Below, in pieces: positions 1 through 10,185 of a stretch of DNA of 64,000 bases (its first letter is position 1; the number at the start of each line of letters is the position of its first letter). Source of the DNA: a virus (lineage: Duplodnaviria > Caudoviricetes); the IMG/VR virus record IMGVR_UViG_3300012983_000039, positions 1 to 64,000 of that record; one strand, written 5' to 3'. A model generated the notes under the pieces. It worked only from the letters and a program-made list of their open reading frames with translations. It was not told the origin of the DNA and did not search any database. Position numbers and translations under genes: made by a program.

Positions 1-120
1 ATAAAAAATAACGATAGAATTGAATTTGTTAAAGTTAAAGGGCATACAGGAGAAAATGATTGGAACGATTATGTGGATAAGTTAGCTGTTAAAGCTAAAA
101 AAGAAAAGGTAATAGATTAA
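1..120 (+). CDS. rnhA: Ribonuclease HI, C-terminal part (truncated by window edge)
   Basis: Frame 1 reads IKNNDRIEFVKVKGHTGENDWNDYVDKLAVKAK..*, matching the RNase H KVKGH(S/T)G...N..(A/V)D.LA motif. Confidence 0.8.
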   Translation: MKNNDRIEFVKVKGHTGENDWNDYVDKLAVKAKKEKVID

Positions 121-145
121 TAAATATATTTAAAAGGAGTATAAA

Positions 146-463
146 ATGAAAAAAGTTTATATAATTTCACAACGTGCGTGGATAGGGGATACGAATACAT
201 ATTCTGAAACAACAAATCTAAGAGCTATAATAGCAACTTTAGATAAAGTGAAAGAATGGCTATCGAGTTATTGTGATTGTCTTATACAAGATGCGTATGA
301 GTACTGTAATAAGGACATTTATCTACAAGAAAAGGAACATTACACTAAAGTAAAAGAGTATTTTGAGAAATGCTTAAATCAATATACAGAAGAAACATTT
401 GGTATAGGAATAGGAATATCTATTTATGGTTTTAGTATTCAGTGTTCAAAAGTAATAGAGTAA
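146..463 (+). CDS. hypothetical protein
   Basis: 105-aa ORF with AAGGAG RBS. Confidence 0.7.
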   Translation: MKKVYIISQRAWIGDTNTYSETTNLRAIIATLDKVKEWLSSYCDCLIQDAYEYCNKDIYLQEKEHYTKVKEYFEKCLNQYTEETFGIGIGISIYGFSIQCSKVIE

Positions 464-475
464 AGGAGAAATTAA

Positions 476-1243
476 ATGAGTAATTTATTAGATCCAAATA
501 ATTTACCCCAATCCTTACCAATTACAAAAAGAATGAAGGATTATTCTAATCAAATTTTTAAAAATATTCAAATACTGTATCCTTATGAAAAAAGAAAAGG
601 TATGTATATATGGGTTTGTAAGTGTTTAAAATGTGGTAGTTTTTTCGGCTCTACTGGAACATTAGTAACAAGAGAAAATACTCAATCTTGTGGTTGTTCC
701 CGAACGAATAACTTAATAGGAAAAAAATTTGGAAAATTAATTGTTACAAAAAGAGCTATTTCAAAAAATGGGCGTAATGCTTATTGGTATTGCGATTGCG
801 ATTGCGGTAGAAAAGATTATATTGTAATGGGCAGAAACCTCATAAAAGGAGCGACAAAATCTTGTGGTTGCCTTTTAAAAGAGAAAGTATTAAATAAAAC
901 TTCAAAGGGAGAAATACAAGTCTCAAAAATTTTAAAAGAAATGGGCATAAAATTTTATGAAGAATATAATTTTCAAGATTTAAGAGGAGAATATAAAGAA
1001 TTGCGTTTTGATTTTTATATTCCAGAATTTAATATTTTAATAGAGTGTCAAGGTCAACAACATTATATGCCGGTAGAAATTTTTAATGGGGAACAACAAT
1101 TTAAAAAGCAAAAAGAATATGATAATAAGAAAAAAGAATATTGTTTAAATAAAAATTTAAAATTAATTGAAATTCCTTATTGGGATTACGAAAAAATAGA
1201 TGAAAAATATATAAAAGAAAAAATAGGAGTGACGATAGAATGA
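476..1243 (+). CDS. free-standing putative homing endonuclease (Cys-rich DNA-binding repeats plus Vsr/DUF2726-like PD-(D/E)XK domain)
   Basis: Two W.C.C.CG...SCGC repeats; C-terminal SKGE..RFDFY..IECQGQQHY..IEIPYWD. Confidence 0.7.
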   Translation: MSNLLDPNNLPQSLPITKRMKDYSNQIFKNIQILYPYEKRKGMYIWVCKCLKCGSFFGSTGTLVTRENTQSCGCSRTNNLIGKKFGKLIVTKRAISKNGRNAYWYCDCDCGRKDYIVMGRNLIKGATKSCGCLLKEKVLNKTSKGEIQVSKILKEMGIKFYEEYNFQDLRGEYKELRFDFYIPEFNILIECQGQQHYMPVEIFNGEQQFKKQKEYDNKKKEYCLNKNLKLIEIPYWDYEKIDEKYIKEKIGVTIE

Positions 1244-1791
1244 CAGTGATCATAGATGTGGACAATATAATTGGAAATCTTTGCGAGGCAGTATTGTCTG
1301 TTTATAATGAAGATAGTGGAGATAGGCTAAAGATCGAAGATATAAAAACTTACTATATAGAAAACTATGTTCTGCCGCCCTATAAAGAAACTTTCTATAA
1401 CTATTTTAAAAATAAAAGAGTTTGGAAACGTATGAAATATGTAAATGGTTGTCAGGAATATATAGCTAAACTCTTTGCTGATGGACACGATATTTATTTT
1501 TGTTCAAAAACTGAAATGATTAATGCGCCCAAGAAAGAGTCTTATCTACAGAGAACCTTTCCATATATTAATATTCGTAAGAAATTAATTATCTGTCCAG
1601 ATAAAACTATGGTGCGCGGCGACATATTGATTGATGATTGCTCCGCCAATTTTGGCGGACAAACTTATTCAATAGTTTTACACTATCCTTGGAATACAGA
1701 TTTTAAAGAAAATAATATAGATAAATTTAGAGCTTTTAACTGGGAAGAAATATACGGTTTTGTTAAGCTGATTAATTTGAATAAGACTTGA
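1240..1791 (+). CDS. 5'(3')-deoxyribonucleotidase (HAD, NT5C-like)
   Basis: IDVDNII N-terminal motif, DK..V.GDILIDD, PWN. Confidence 0.8.
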   Translation: MTVIIDVDNIIGNLCEAVLSVYNEDSGDRLKIEDIKTYYIENYVLPPYKETFYNYFKNKRVWKRMKYVNGCQEYIAKLFADGHDIYFCSKTEMINAPKKESYLQRTFPYINIRKKLIICPDKTMVRGDILIDDCSANFGGQTYSIVLHYPWNTDFKENNIDKFRAFNWEEIYGFVKLINLNKT

Positions 1792-1816
1792 AAAATTTTT
1801 AATTCTGTATTATAAT
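1788..1816 (+). promoter_or_regulatory. sigma70/SigA promoter for tnpB
   Basis: TTGAAA-17 nt-TATAAT followed by AAGGAGGTG RBS. Confidence 0.75.
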
Positions 1817-1838
1817 ATTTATAATAAAGAATAAGGAG

Positions 1839-3007
1839 GTGAAAACAATAATAATAATGATAAGATCATTTAAAGTTAGATTGTTTCCAACAAAAGAACA
1901 AGAACAAAAATTTTACCAACATATAGGCTGTTGTCGTTTTATATGGAATTATATGATAGAATTACAACAGAAGCGAAGAGAAAATAAAGAAAAACATCTC
2001 TCTAAATTTGATATGACTAAACTTTTAACTTCTTTAAAAAAAGAAGAAGAATATAAATGGTTAAAAGAAGTTTCTAACGCAAGTTTAAATATTATTTGTC
2101 ATGATTTGTCAAAAGCCTATAAAAGTTTTTTTGATAAAACAAGAGGTTATCCCAAATTTAAATCAAAGAAACATAATAATAAAAGTTTTCCAGTTAGAGC
2201 GGAAAGATTTTATTTTATGACTAATGAATTACTCAATATAGAAAAAATTGGAAAAATAAAATATAAAACTAATAAAATTTTCCAATAGGCAGAGATAGTA
2301 TTAAAGTTTTAAATACTAGGATAAAACTCATAGGTAAAAAATGGATATTAACTTTTGGAATAGAGTGTGAGAACCAAGCACTCACTCTTAATGGGAAAAT
2401 TGGGATTGATTTAGGAATTAAAGAACTTGCCTATTGTTCTTACAACGGCAAACCTCTTGTGTTTCATAATATTAATAAATCACAAAGAGTTCGTAAGTTA
2501 AAATCAAAGTTAAAACATTTACAAAGAAATGTCTCACGTAAATATGATACGAACAATAGACTTAAAGTTTACGAAGACAAATGGCACAAGTCAAATAAAA
2601 TAATTAAACTTGAAAAACAAATAGCAGAAATATATCGTAAACTCGCAAACATAAGAAACAACTATTTACATCAAACAACTCACTACTTAGTTTCACTCAA
2701 TCCTAAGCAAATCACGATTGAAGATTTGGATGTAAGTAGAATGATGAAGAACAGACATTTAAGTAGAGCAATAGCTGAACAGTGTCTTTACGAATTTCGT
2801 AGACAGATTGAATACAAATCTGAAGAACGTGGTATAAAAGTGGTAGTTGTTCCTAGATTTTACCCAAGTTCTAAAACTTGTAGCTGTTGTGGTAATTATA
2901 AAAAAGATTTAAAACTTAGTGATAGAATTTATAGATGTGAACATTGTGGCTCTGTAATTGACAGAGACTTTAACGCAGCATTAAATCTTGAAAGATATGT
3001 AGGCTAA
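1839..3007 (+). pseudogene. tnpB: TnpB RNA-guided endonuclease (IS200/IS605/IS607 family) with a -1 frameshift at about 2276-2285
   Basis: N-terminal HTH (RLFPTKEQ..GCCRFIWN). The -1 frame continues FPIGRD..GIDLGIKELA (RuvC-I), IEDL (RuvC-II), CSCC..CEHC zinc finger, DRDFNAA (RuvC-III). No tnpA nearby. Confidence 0.85.
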
Positions 3008-3150
3008 ACACAAGACCTATAGTCTGGGGAAATCATTATATCCCTGAATGACGTGGAATGCCATACAAACGTTAGTAGCTTAGGCGAGAACGGGCATGAT
3101 GAAGCGTTGAATAAAGTTCGATTATTAATATTGAATATAATGAGAAATAT
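3008..3150 (+). ncRNA. putative TnpB omegaRNA/right-end region
   Basis: GC-richer, hairpin-forming non-coding stretch directly 3' of tnpB, where omegaRNAs are located; boundaries uncertain. Confidence 0.5.
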
Positions 3151-3170
3151 ATAAAATAATTAAGAAACTT

Positions 3171-3217
3171 AGTCAAGACTAATATGTCTTGATTTTTTCT
3201 TTATATTTTGATATAAT
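3171..3217 (+). promoter_or_regulatory. fused terminator hairpin / extended -10 promoter
   Basis: AGTCAAGAC..GTCTTGATT hairpin plus T-run; TTGATT(3189)-17-TATAAT(3212) with TG. Confidence 0.7.
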
Positions 3218-3249
3218 ATTAATAGAAAAATGAAAGGAGCAAATTATAA

Positions 3250-3480
3250 ATGTCTAGTGATTTAACTCTAAAAAAACTTCGTGAAGATATTGACAAAATA
3301 GAAAACATAAATCCAGAATACTTAGATTTGCCAATATTTATAGCTACAGAGTGTGGCTATGCTGGCGCACGTTTAGTTAATGAAAATTTTTCTGGAAATT
3401 ATATTTTTGCCGGAAAGACCTATATTCATCTTTTATCTAATGATGATGATGTATCACCTGATGAAGTTCCTATTATTTAA
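3250..3480 (+). CDS. hypothetical protein
   Basis: 76-aa ORF with AAGGAG RBS behind a promoter. Confidence 0.65.
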   Translation: MSSDLTLKKLREDIDKIENINPEYLDLPIFIATECGYAGARLVNENFSGNYIFAGKTYIHLLSNDDDVSPDEVPII

Positions 3481-3497
3481 AAAGAGAGGTAAATTAT

Positions 3498-4649
3498 ATG
3501 GAAGAAATTATTATTGATGGTTTTAGATTTGATAATCTCGACGCAATGCGTTATTGGAGTCATGCTAAGTCATATGACCCAAAAAAGAAAAAAGAAGAAG
3601 CAAAATATATGTGCGTGTCCGGCACTTTTATGGGGGCTATTAAACGAGATGGTGCGTGGAATATGCTTATTAAAGACATGGACGGCAACTTCCATCTTCG
3701 TAGTCGAACTGAAAGTGTTAATGGTGGATACACGGATAAAGCCGAGTGGATACCTCGTATAACTGAAGAATTGAGCTGGATACCTAATGGAACAGTTCTA
3801 CTTGGAGAAATTTTCTTTCCAAATAATGAGGGTAGTAGAAAAATAACTTCTGTTTTGAATTGTCTTAAAGATAAGTGTCTTGAAAGACAAAAGAAAAATG
3901 GATATTTATGTTTCTATGTTTTCGATATACTTGCTTATAACGGAAAGAATTTAATAGATGTTTCTTTTGAAACTCGAATAAGAACATATCTTGAATATGA
4001 ACTTGCTGATATTACTAATAACAATACCTATGTTTTTATGGCAGAATATAAAGAGGGAGAAGAACTTTGGGACCTCTATGGTAAAACTATTGCTGAGGGC
4101 GGCGAAGGCATCGTTATTACTCGTAAGGACTGTAAATATCTTCCCGGAAAAAGAACAGCAAGAATGACTTTAAAAATGAAGAAAGAAATCAACGAAACTA
4201 TTGATGCTTTTCTTGATGGAGGGTATAAGCCCGCAACAAAAGATTATAAAGGCAAATCCAATTTAGAAGATTGGAATTATTGGATTAATGAAAAAACTGG
4301 AGAAACTTTTGATACTTGTAAATTTAATGAATATGTAAGTGGAGAACCTTATGAACCTATAACTAAAGCATATTGCTATGGTTGGGCAAGTGCAGTATCT
4401 TTCTCTGTTATGAAAGATGGAGAGCCGGTTCATATAGGTTATATTAGTGGAATAACAGATACCCTTAAAAAAGAAATCGTTAAAAATCCAGAGAAGTGGA
4501 TTAATAAGGTTGCGGAGTTAACCGCAATGGAAATTGAAAAATCAGATAGTGATAGTGGCTATTCTTTGCGTCATGGAAAAATTGTTCAGTTCAGAGATGA
4601 TAAAAGTTATCTTGATTGTGAATTTTCTCAATTAGAAAGCAATTCTTAA
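3498..4649 (+). CDS. ATP-dependent DNA ligase
   Basis: Motif I KRDG, LLGE, FDIL, EGIV, KMK, and an OB-fold end SLRH..FRDDK. Confidence 0.85.
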   Translation: MEEIIIDGFRFDNLDAMRYWSHAKSYDPKKKKEEAKYMCVSGTFMGAIKRDGAWNMLIKDMDGNFHLRSRTESVNGGYTDKAEWIPRITEELSWIPNGTVLLGEIFFPNNEGSRKITSVLNCLKDKCLERQKKNGYLCFYVFDILAYNGKNLIDVSFETRIRTYLEYELADITNNNTYVFMAEYKEGEELWDLYGKTIAEGGEGIVITRKDCKYLPGKRTARMTLKMKKEINETIDAFLDGGYKPATKDYKGKSNLEDWNYWINEKTGETFDTCKFNEYVSGEPYEPITKAYCYGWASAVSFSVMKDGEPVHIGYISGITDTLKKEIVKNPEKWINKVAELTAMEIEKSDSDSGYSLRHGKIVQFRDDKSYLDCEFSQLESNS

Positions 4650-4742
4650 AAATTTAGAGGACACAAATAAATTTTTCACTTATATAAGAAGGTTGAGGAG
4701 CAGAGATGCTCCTCTTTATTTATCATAAAGAGGTGAAAAAGA

Positions 4743-5993
4743 ATGTGTAATTGGGGAATTATTCCGTGTGATGTAGCGCCGCCACAGCATAGTAAAGTTA
4801 GAGCGAGATGTTTTACTTGTAAAAAGTGGAGTGTTTGCGAATTAAAAATTGATTATCTTAAAACTTTAAAACTAATTGAAGAAATTTTAGGCACACCAGC
4901 CGAAACATATCAGTTAATTCAACTTCCTAAAGTAGAGGGATTAGATTTTCCTTTTGCTTATAAATATATGCCGACAGATGTTAAATTTAATTTTCTTAAT
5001 AAAGAAGAATTAGGTAAGTTTTATATTTTAAAATATAGCAACATAAATAATTTTAATTTTGTTTATGATATTAAAGACTACAAAATTCTTTTTAAGGGAA
5101 TTTATGAGGGCGGCAACAACATGAAATTTAACATATCTGAGGAGGATTTGTTTAATAATATAAGTTTAAAGGAGTTTGAATTTCCAGCTAGAATTGATAC
5201 AGACGAAGGTTGGGAGTATTACTATAAACCAATTTCTTTTAGTTTAAAAGAGGAAGAGCTTGATAAAGCTAAAAATTTTTTAGATTCTATTGAAACTGGG
5301 CTTGTAAATTTAAAAATTCCATTTTTTATTAATGCGGTCTATGGAAATTATAATGGAGAAGATAGATATCCTACTTTAGAAGAAATTTTAGCGGATAATA
5401 GTTTAATTTTAAACGACTATTGCGCCGCCACCCTTAATTTACCTTTAGAAATAAAAGATAATATTGTATCTTTACAATCTAACTCTTTAATAAAAATTGA
5501 GATTGTTGATGAAGATAAAGGTCCAACTTTACTTAAAGAGAGATCAATTGAATTAAGTTTAGAAGAAACTCAAAAGGTTTTTGAACTTTTTAAGCAAAAT
5601 TCTATTAAAGATAGTTTTTCTATTTCCAATGGAGTAGATATATATTATGACTTTGAAGTTATAATGCCAGAGGAAATTAAAGAAGAAATTAAAATAGGAT
5701 TAGCTACTATAAGAGACTTAATTTTAAATGAAAACAAAGATGTAGATACAATAGACACAACTTGTTTCAAAGCAACTTTAGAGTGCCAATTTTATGAATG
5801 GGAAAAAGGACTAAGTGATGAAGATGGGTTAAAAAGGGCTTTATGTAAATATCCAAACGGTATTCCTTTAGATAGTAAAGATTTTGCCCATATAAGAACT
5901 CAACATATAGATAAACCAATTTGTTGTTATCATCCTGCGCCGCCCCACCATAAAACTAAAGGTAAAACAAGAGATGAATTAAATGAGTATTAA
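4743..5993 (+). CDS. hypothetical protein with Cys-rich termini
   Basis: 416-aa ORF with GAGGTG RBS; CFTC..C at the N-terminus, CCYHPAPPHH at the C-terminus. Confidence 0.7.
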   Translation: MCNWGIIPCDVAPPQHSKVRARCFTCKKWSVCELKIDYLKTLKLIEEILGTPAETYQLIQLPKVEGLDFPFAYKYMPTDVKFNFLNKEELGKFYILKYSNINNFNFVYDIKDYKILFKGIYEGGNNMKFNISEEDLFNNISLKEFEFPARIDTDEGWEYYYKPISFSLKEEELDKAKNFLDSIETGLVNLKIPFFINAVYGNYNGEDRYPTLEEILADNSLILNDYCAATLNLPLEIKDNIVSLQSNSLIKIEIVDEDKGPTLLKERSIELSLEETQKVFELFKQNSIKDSFSISNGVDIYYDFEVIMPEEIKEEIKIGLATIRDLILNENKDVDTIDTTCFKATLECQFYEWEKGLSDEDGLKRALCKYPNGIPLDSKDFAHIRTQHIDKPICCYHPAPPHHKTKGKTRDELNEY

Positions 5994-6393
5994 TGCGCCT
6001 TCAAAGGGTGAACAAAAGATTATAGAAATTCTTTCTAAGGCGGGTATAAAGTTTATAAGAGAATATTCTTTTAAAGATTTAAGGGGTAAAAAAGAAGCGC
6101 CATTACGATTTGATTTTGCTTTCTATTTAAATAATCAATTAATTTTATTAGACTACGATGGAATACAACATTACAATTTTACAAAGTATTTCCACAAAAA
6201 TATTTTTATTTTTAATGAGGCTAAAGAAAGAGACCGAAGAAAAAATTCCTATTGTTTAGCTCATAACATTCCCTTCTACAGAATACCTTATTGGGATTTG
6301 GATAAAATTAATATTAAAAATATATTTAATGATAACTATAAAGTGAAAACAAAATTTCACAATGATATTTTAATTAACAGGAGGGAGAAATGA
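5983..6393 (+). CDS. Vsr/DUF2726-like endonuclease
   Basis: SKGE..LRFDF..DYDGIQHY..RIPYWD; paralogous to the C-terminus of 476..1243. Confidence 0.7.
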   Translation: MSINAPSKGEQKIIEILSKAGIKFIREYSFKDLRGKKEAPLRFDFAFYLNNQLILLDYDGIQHYNFTKYFHKNIFIFNEAKERDRRKNSYCLAHNIPFYRIPYWDLDKINIKNIFNDNYKVKTKFHNDILINRREK

Positions 6394-6394
6394 G

Positions 6395-6763
6395 ATGGAT
6401 ATTCAAAACATTTTGGAAATGATAAAGCTAGTTGGTGCGGCGGCTGGAGCAATATTATCAATAATTGCTCTGATAACAGCTTTGTCTAAAAAACCAAAAC
6501 AGTGGCTTATTAATACTGTTAAAGAAGCTACAAAAGATGAATTTGAAAAAATTCATAATTTTATTGAGAAAACAGAAACTACTGACCTCAATACTTTACG
6601 CCACGAAATTACTTTAATATACGAAAAGTATAGAGATAAAAAAGAAATTCCAATGCGTTTAAGGGAAAATCTTTGTATCTTGTATGAAGACTATTCTAAG
6701 CGTGGCGGCAACAGCTATGTAAAAACAATTTATGAAGAAATGATGGATTGGAGAGTAATTTAA
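6395..6763 (+). CDS. membrane-anchored phage protein (holin-associated type)
   Basis: N-terminal hydrophobic helix, C-terminal Y..RGGNSYV. Confidence 0.5.
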   Translation: MDIQNILEMIKLVGAAAGAILSIIALITALSKKPKQWLINTVKEATKDEFEKIHNFIEKTETTDLNTLRHEITLIYEKYRDKKEIPMRLRENLCILYEDYSKRGGNSYVKTIYEEMMDWRVI

Positions 6764-6777
6764 TTTACTTTAAAAGA

Positions 6778-6819
6778 GAAGTCAAACAGCTTGACTTCTT
6801 TTTTATTTTATGTTATAAT
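6778..6819 (+). promoter_or_regulatory. fused terminator hairpin / promoter of the nrd operon
   Basis: GAAGTCAA..TTGACTTC plus T-run; TTGACT(6791)-17-TATAAT(6814) with TG. Confidence 0.75.
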
Positions 6820-6855
6820 TATACTTAGGTTAATAGAATTTTTAGGAGGAATAAT

Positions 6856-7062
6856 ATGGAATGTATATTGTATACAATTGATTGCCCAAACTGTAAAATT
6901 TTAGAAAATAAATTAAAAGAAAAAGGCATTAATTATGAAGTTTGTAAAGACATTGATATAATGGAAGAGAAAGGTTATATTCATTTGCCAATTTTATCAG
7001 TGGGCGGCACAGATTATAATTTTAATAATGCTATGAAATATATAGAAGGAGTGATAAAATGA
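6856..7062 (+). CDS. nrdH: NrdH/glutaredoxin-like redoxin
   Basis: CPNC motif, LPIL, 68 aa, directly upstream of nrdD. Confidence 0.8.
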   Translation: MECILYTIDCPNCKILENKLKEKGINYEVCKDIDIMEEKGYIHLPILSVGGTDYNFNNAMKYIEGVIK

Positions 7063-9050
7063 ATTCAAAGAAAATTGTTGACGCTTATTTAAAGCAAACA
7101 ACTTGGAAAGTTAAGGAAAATTCTAATTCGCCATATTCATATGGTGGTTTGGGCAAGCATATAGACACAGAAGTGTCGAAAGATTATTGGCTTAATACTG
7201 TTTATCCAGAACATATAAAAAAAGAATATGAGAAAGGAACTCTACATATTCATGACTTGGGTGGTTTAACTCTTTATTGTTGCGGATATAGTTTAAAATC
7301 TATTATTCAGATGGGAGTTAGAGGTATTCCTAATATACCAACTTCTGGACCAGCAAAACATTTTGACTCAATTTTAAATCAGATTTCAAATTTAATTACT
7401 GTGTTTCAAAATGAAATTATGGGTAAGTGAAAACCGTGCCCTCTCAAATTTTACCATTAATCAATGGGGTCATTTATTTGGCTAACGAGGAAGGCTAAGT
7501 CTAATGATATGCTAATCTCGTGGCAAGTTTAAGTTAATCTTAAAAAGCTGTATCGACTATTCACGTTAAGTGAAGTAAAATAACTATTGATACGTTATTT
7601 GAAATGGTTTGGCTTTAAGCTAAGAAATAGTCAGTGCCATTGGAAACAATGGATTGCCACGGCGGTGGCGTTTAGTTCTGTTGATACTTTACTTTCTCCT
7701 TTTATTAAAAGAGATAACCTAACTTATGATGAAGTAAAACAATCTCTTCAAAACTTTATTTTCTCTATAAATTCAAATTCAAGAGGCGGCGCAGAGCCAG
7801 CATTTTCAAATATTACACTTGATTTAACTCCTCCAAGAGACCTTTTAAATGAAAATGTTATGATAGGCGGCGCATTAGATAACTTTACTTATAAAGATTG
7901 CCAAAAAGAAATAGATATGTTCAATAAAGCCTTCTGTGAACTAATGATTAAGGGCGATGACGAAGGTAAACCTTTTGCCTATCCTATCCCGACTTACAAT
8001 ATCCACGAACGTTTTGATTGGGATAATCCTAACAATGAACTTCTCTGGGAAATGGCGGGAAAATATGGATATCCTTATTTTGCTAACTTTATTAATAGCG
8101 ACATGAAACCTGAAGATGCTCGTTCAATGTGTTGTAGACTTCGACTTTCTTTAAAAGAGCTTAGCCGAAGAAATGGAGGTCTGTTTGGTTCTGGTGATTC
8201 AACTGGCTCAATAGGTGTCGTTACGATTAATTTACCTCATATTGCTTATACAACAAAAGGAAATAAAGGTGAATTCTTTAAAGAGCTTAATCGAGTTCTT
8301 GAAATTGCTAAAGAAAGTCTTGAAATAAAGCGTGAATTTTTACAAAAAAACGTTATAGAAACTAATCTTGTGCCGGCATTCAATACATATGTTGGAACAT
8401 TAAGAAATCATTTCTCTACAATTGGTATAGTTTCTATGAATGAAATGTGCGAAAATTTCTTTGGAGAAGGTATAGACATTCTCACAGAAGAAGGTAAAGC
8501 TTTTAGTATAGAAGTTTCAAACTTTATAAGAGAAAAACTTTTAAAGTTCCAAGAAGAAACAGGCAACTTATATAATTACGAAGCGACACCCGCAGAGTCA
8601 ACTTGTTATCGTTTAGCATTAAAAGATAAGAAAAATTATCCAGATATAATTACAAGAGGAACAGATGACGCACCTTATTATACTAACAGTTGTCATATCC
8701 CAGTTAATAAAATTAAAACAATTCATGAAACATTTGAACATCAGGAAGATTTACAGATTTTATTTACTGGCGGCACAGTAATTCACATCTATATGAATGG
8801 CGCTATATCTGGTGAGGCAGCCAAGGATATAGTAAAAACCGTATGTAATAAGTATAAAGTTCCTTATGTAAGTATAAGTCCTTTAAATAGATACTGTCCA
8901 GAACATGGCTACGTGCCTGAAAGGGTTGATAATTGTCCTAAGTGTCAGGCTAAGCTTAAAAAATACCAGCGAATTACCGGATATTTAAGATGTGAGGATA
9001 ATTTTAATGATGGAAAGAAGGCAGAATTTCGTGAAAGAAAACAGCTTTAA
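7059..9050 (+). CDS. nrdD: anaerobic (class III) ribonucleotide reductase, spliced join(7059..7424,7662..9050), about 584 aa
   Basis: HIHDL, YCCG, splice restores NEIMG|AVAF, SMCCRL finger loop, EATPAE, YYTNS, RITGYL glycyl-radical motif; no ATP-cone. Confidence 0.93.
7425..7661 (+). mobile_element. group I intron in nrdD (237 nt, no ORF)
   Basis: P1 GGGU/GCCC with U.G; P10 ACCGU/GCGGU; P7 GACUA/UAGUC; P9 CCAUUG-GAAA-CAAUGG; P9.0 GUG/CAC; terminal G. Confidence 0.93.
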
Positions 9051-9498
9051 AATTAATTATAAATTAATAGAACATGAGAGAACTGAAGATGCCCCTTTTG
9101 TAGGGGCACTCATTTCTGCTTGTGGGTGTAATTTTAATTGCGTTAATTGTTTTAATCAAGCTGTAAAACAATTACCAACTTTAACAAGTTGCGCCGCCTC
9201 TATAATAGAAGAGGTTAAGATTAACCCCTTTAATAAAGGAATTATTTTTGGTGGATTGGAGTGGACCTTACAAGAAGAAGAACTTCTAATTCTAGCAAAA
9301 TTAGCAAAAATAAATGGTTTAAAAACAATGTTATATACAGGAAAAAATTTTGAAAATATTGAAAACTTATATAAAACAAATTTATTTGACTATATAAAAT
9401 GTGGACCATATAAAGAAGAATTAAAAAGCAATACACATTATGAATATGGTGTTAAACTTGCTTCTAGTAATCAACATATTTATAAAGGAGAAAATTAA
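8992..9498 (+). CDS. nrdG: anaerobic RNR activase (radical SAM); true start probably GTG at 9031
   Basis: CNFNCVNCFN CxxxCxxC, GGLE, LYTG, SSNQ. Confidence 0.88.
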   Translation: MRIILMMERRQNFVKENSFKINYKLIEHERTEDAPFVGALISACGCNFNCVNCFNQAVKQLPTLTSCAASIIEEVKINPFNKGIIFGGLEWTLQEEELLILAKLAKINGLKTMLYTGKNFENIENLYKTNLFDYIKCGPYKEELKSNTHYEYGVKLASSNQHIYKGEN

Positions 9499-9499
9499 A

Positions 9500-9715
9500 A
9501 TGAAGAAGAAAATAACCGATGATTTAGATTTAAAGGCTAAAATTTCTTTTGGTTTAAAAGAAAACTATCATAAATACGGTGCGCCGCACTGTCCTTGTGT
9601 TAATCCAAAATTTTATAACGAAGATACAATATGTCCTTGTAAAGCTTTTCGAGAGGAAACTCCAGTAGGAGAAAAATGTTATTGTGGACTTTATGAAAAA
9701 ATAAGTCAAGATTAG
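9500..9715 (+). CDS. ferredoxin:thioredoxin (disulfide) reductase catalytic-subunit-like protein
   Basis: CPC..CPC..CYCGLY signature; AAGGAG RBS supports ATG at 9500. Confidence 0.8.
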   Translation: MKKKITDDLDLKAKISFGLKENYHKYGAPHCPCVNPKFYNEDTICPCKAFREETPVGEKCYCGLYEKISQD

Positions 9716-9747
9716 TTCTTGACTTCTTTTTATTTTTATGCTATAAT
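9703..9747 (+). promoter_or_regulatory. fused terminator hairpin / promoter
   Basis: AAGTCAAGA..TCTTGACTT plus T-run; TTGACT(9719)-17-TATAAT(9742) with TG. Confidence 0.75.
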
Positions 9748-9780
9748 TTTAATAGAAATTTTAAAAGAAAGGTGCTTTAA

Positions 9781-10185
9781 ATGAAAAGAAGAATTAAAAA
9801 CGTTGTAAAAAACTTAGTTAAAGAAAACCAAAGGGTTCACGATTATAAAAGTCCTTATGGTGTAAAATTTTGGAATAAAATTTTAAAAGACTCTAAGGCA
9901 TATGCTAAAAACCACAAAGTTTTTGAAAAAAATGTGGCTTTAGTTATAGAGAAAGATTATAACAGATATAACCAACTTCTTGAAAATGAGGATATAAAAG
10001 ATGAACAAAGAGAAGTTTTAAAAGAAAAAATATTTCAACTTTCTTTCTTTATGGAAAAGGGTTGGGCAGAAATGTTTGATGAGGAGGCAAGACTCAAAGA
10101 AGAATTTCGAGAAATAATTTGGAAAAATAGAGTTGAGTTTGACCCATATAATATAAAAAAGGAGGCTTTACATGAAGAAAAGTAA
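9781..10185 (+). CDS. hypothetical protein
   Basis: 134-aa ORF with RBS behind a promoter. Confidence 0.65.
   Translation: MKRRIKNVVKNLVKENQRVHDYKSPYGVKFWNKILKDSKAYAKNHKVFEKNVALVIEKDYNRYNQLLENEDIKDEQREVLKEKIFQLSFFMEKGWAEMFDEEARLKEEFREIIWKNRVEFDPYNIKKEALHEEK

Noticed and set aside
3012-3027. IStron (TnpB inside a group I intron), prompted by AAGACCTATAGTCT resembling the S motif
   Set aside because: No P/Q/R motifs or P1 upstream, flanking genes are uninterrupted, and the sequence is a simple local hairpin
7587-7661. ORF-track N-termini of downstream exons (7587, 10987, 18390, 25657, 29184, 61945)
   Set aside because: These starts lie in intron sequence; the ATG/TTG often supplies the terminal G of the intron
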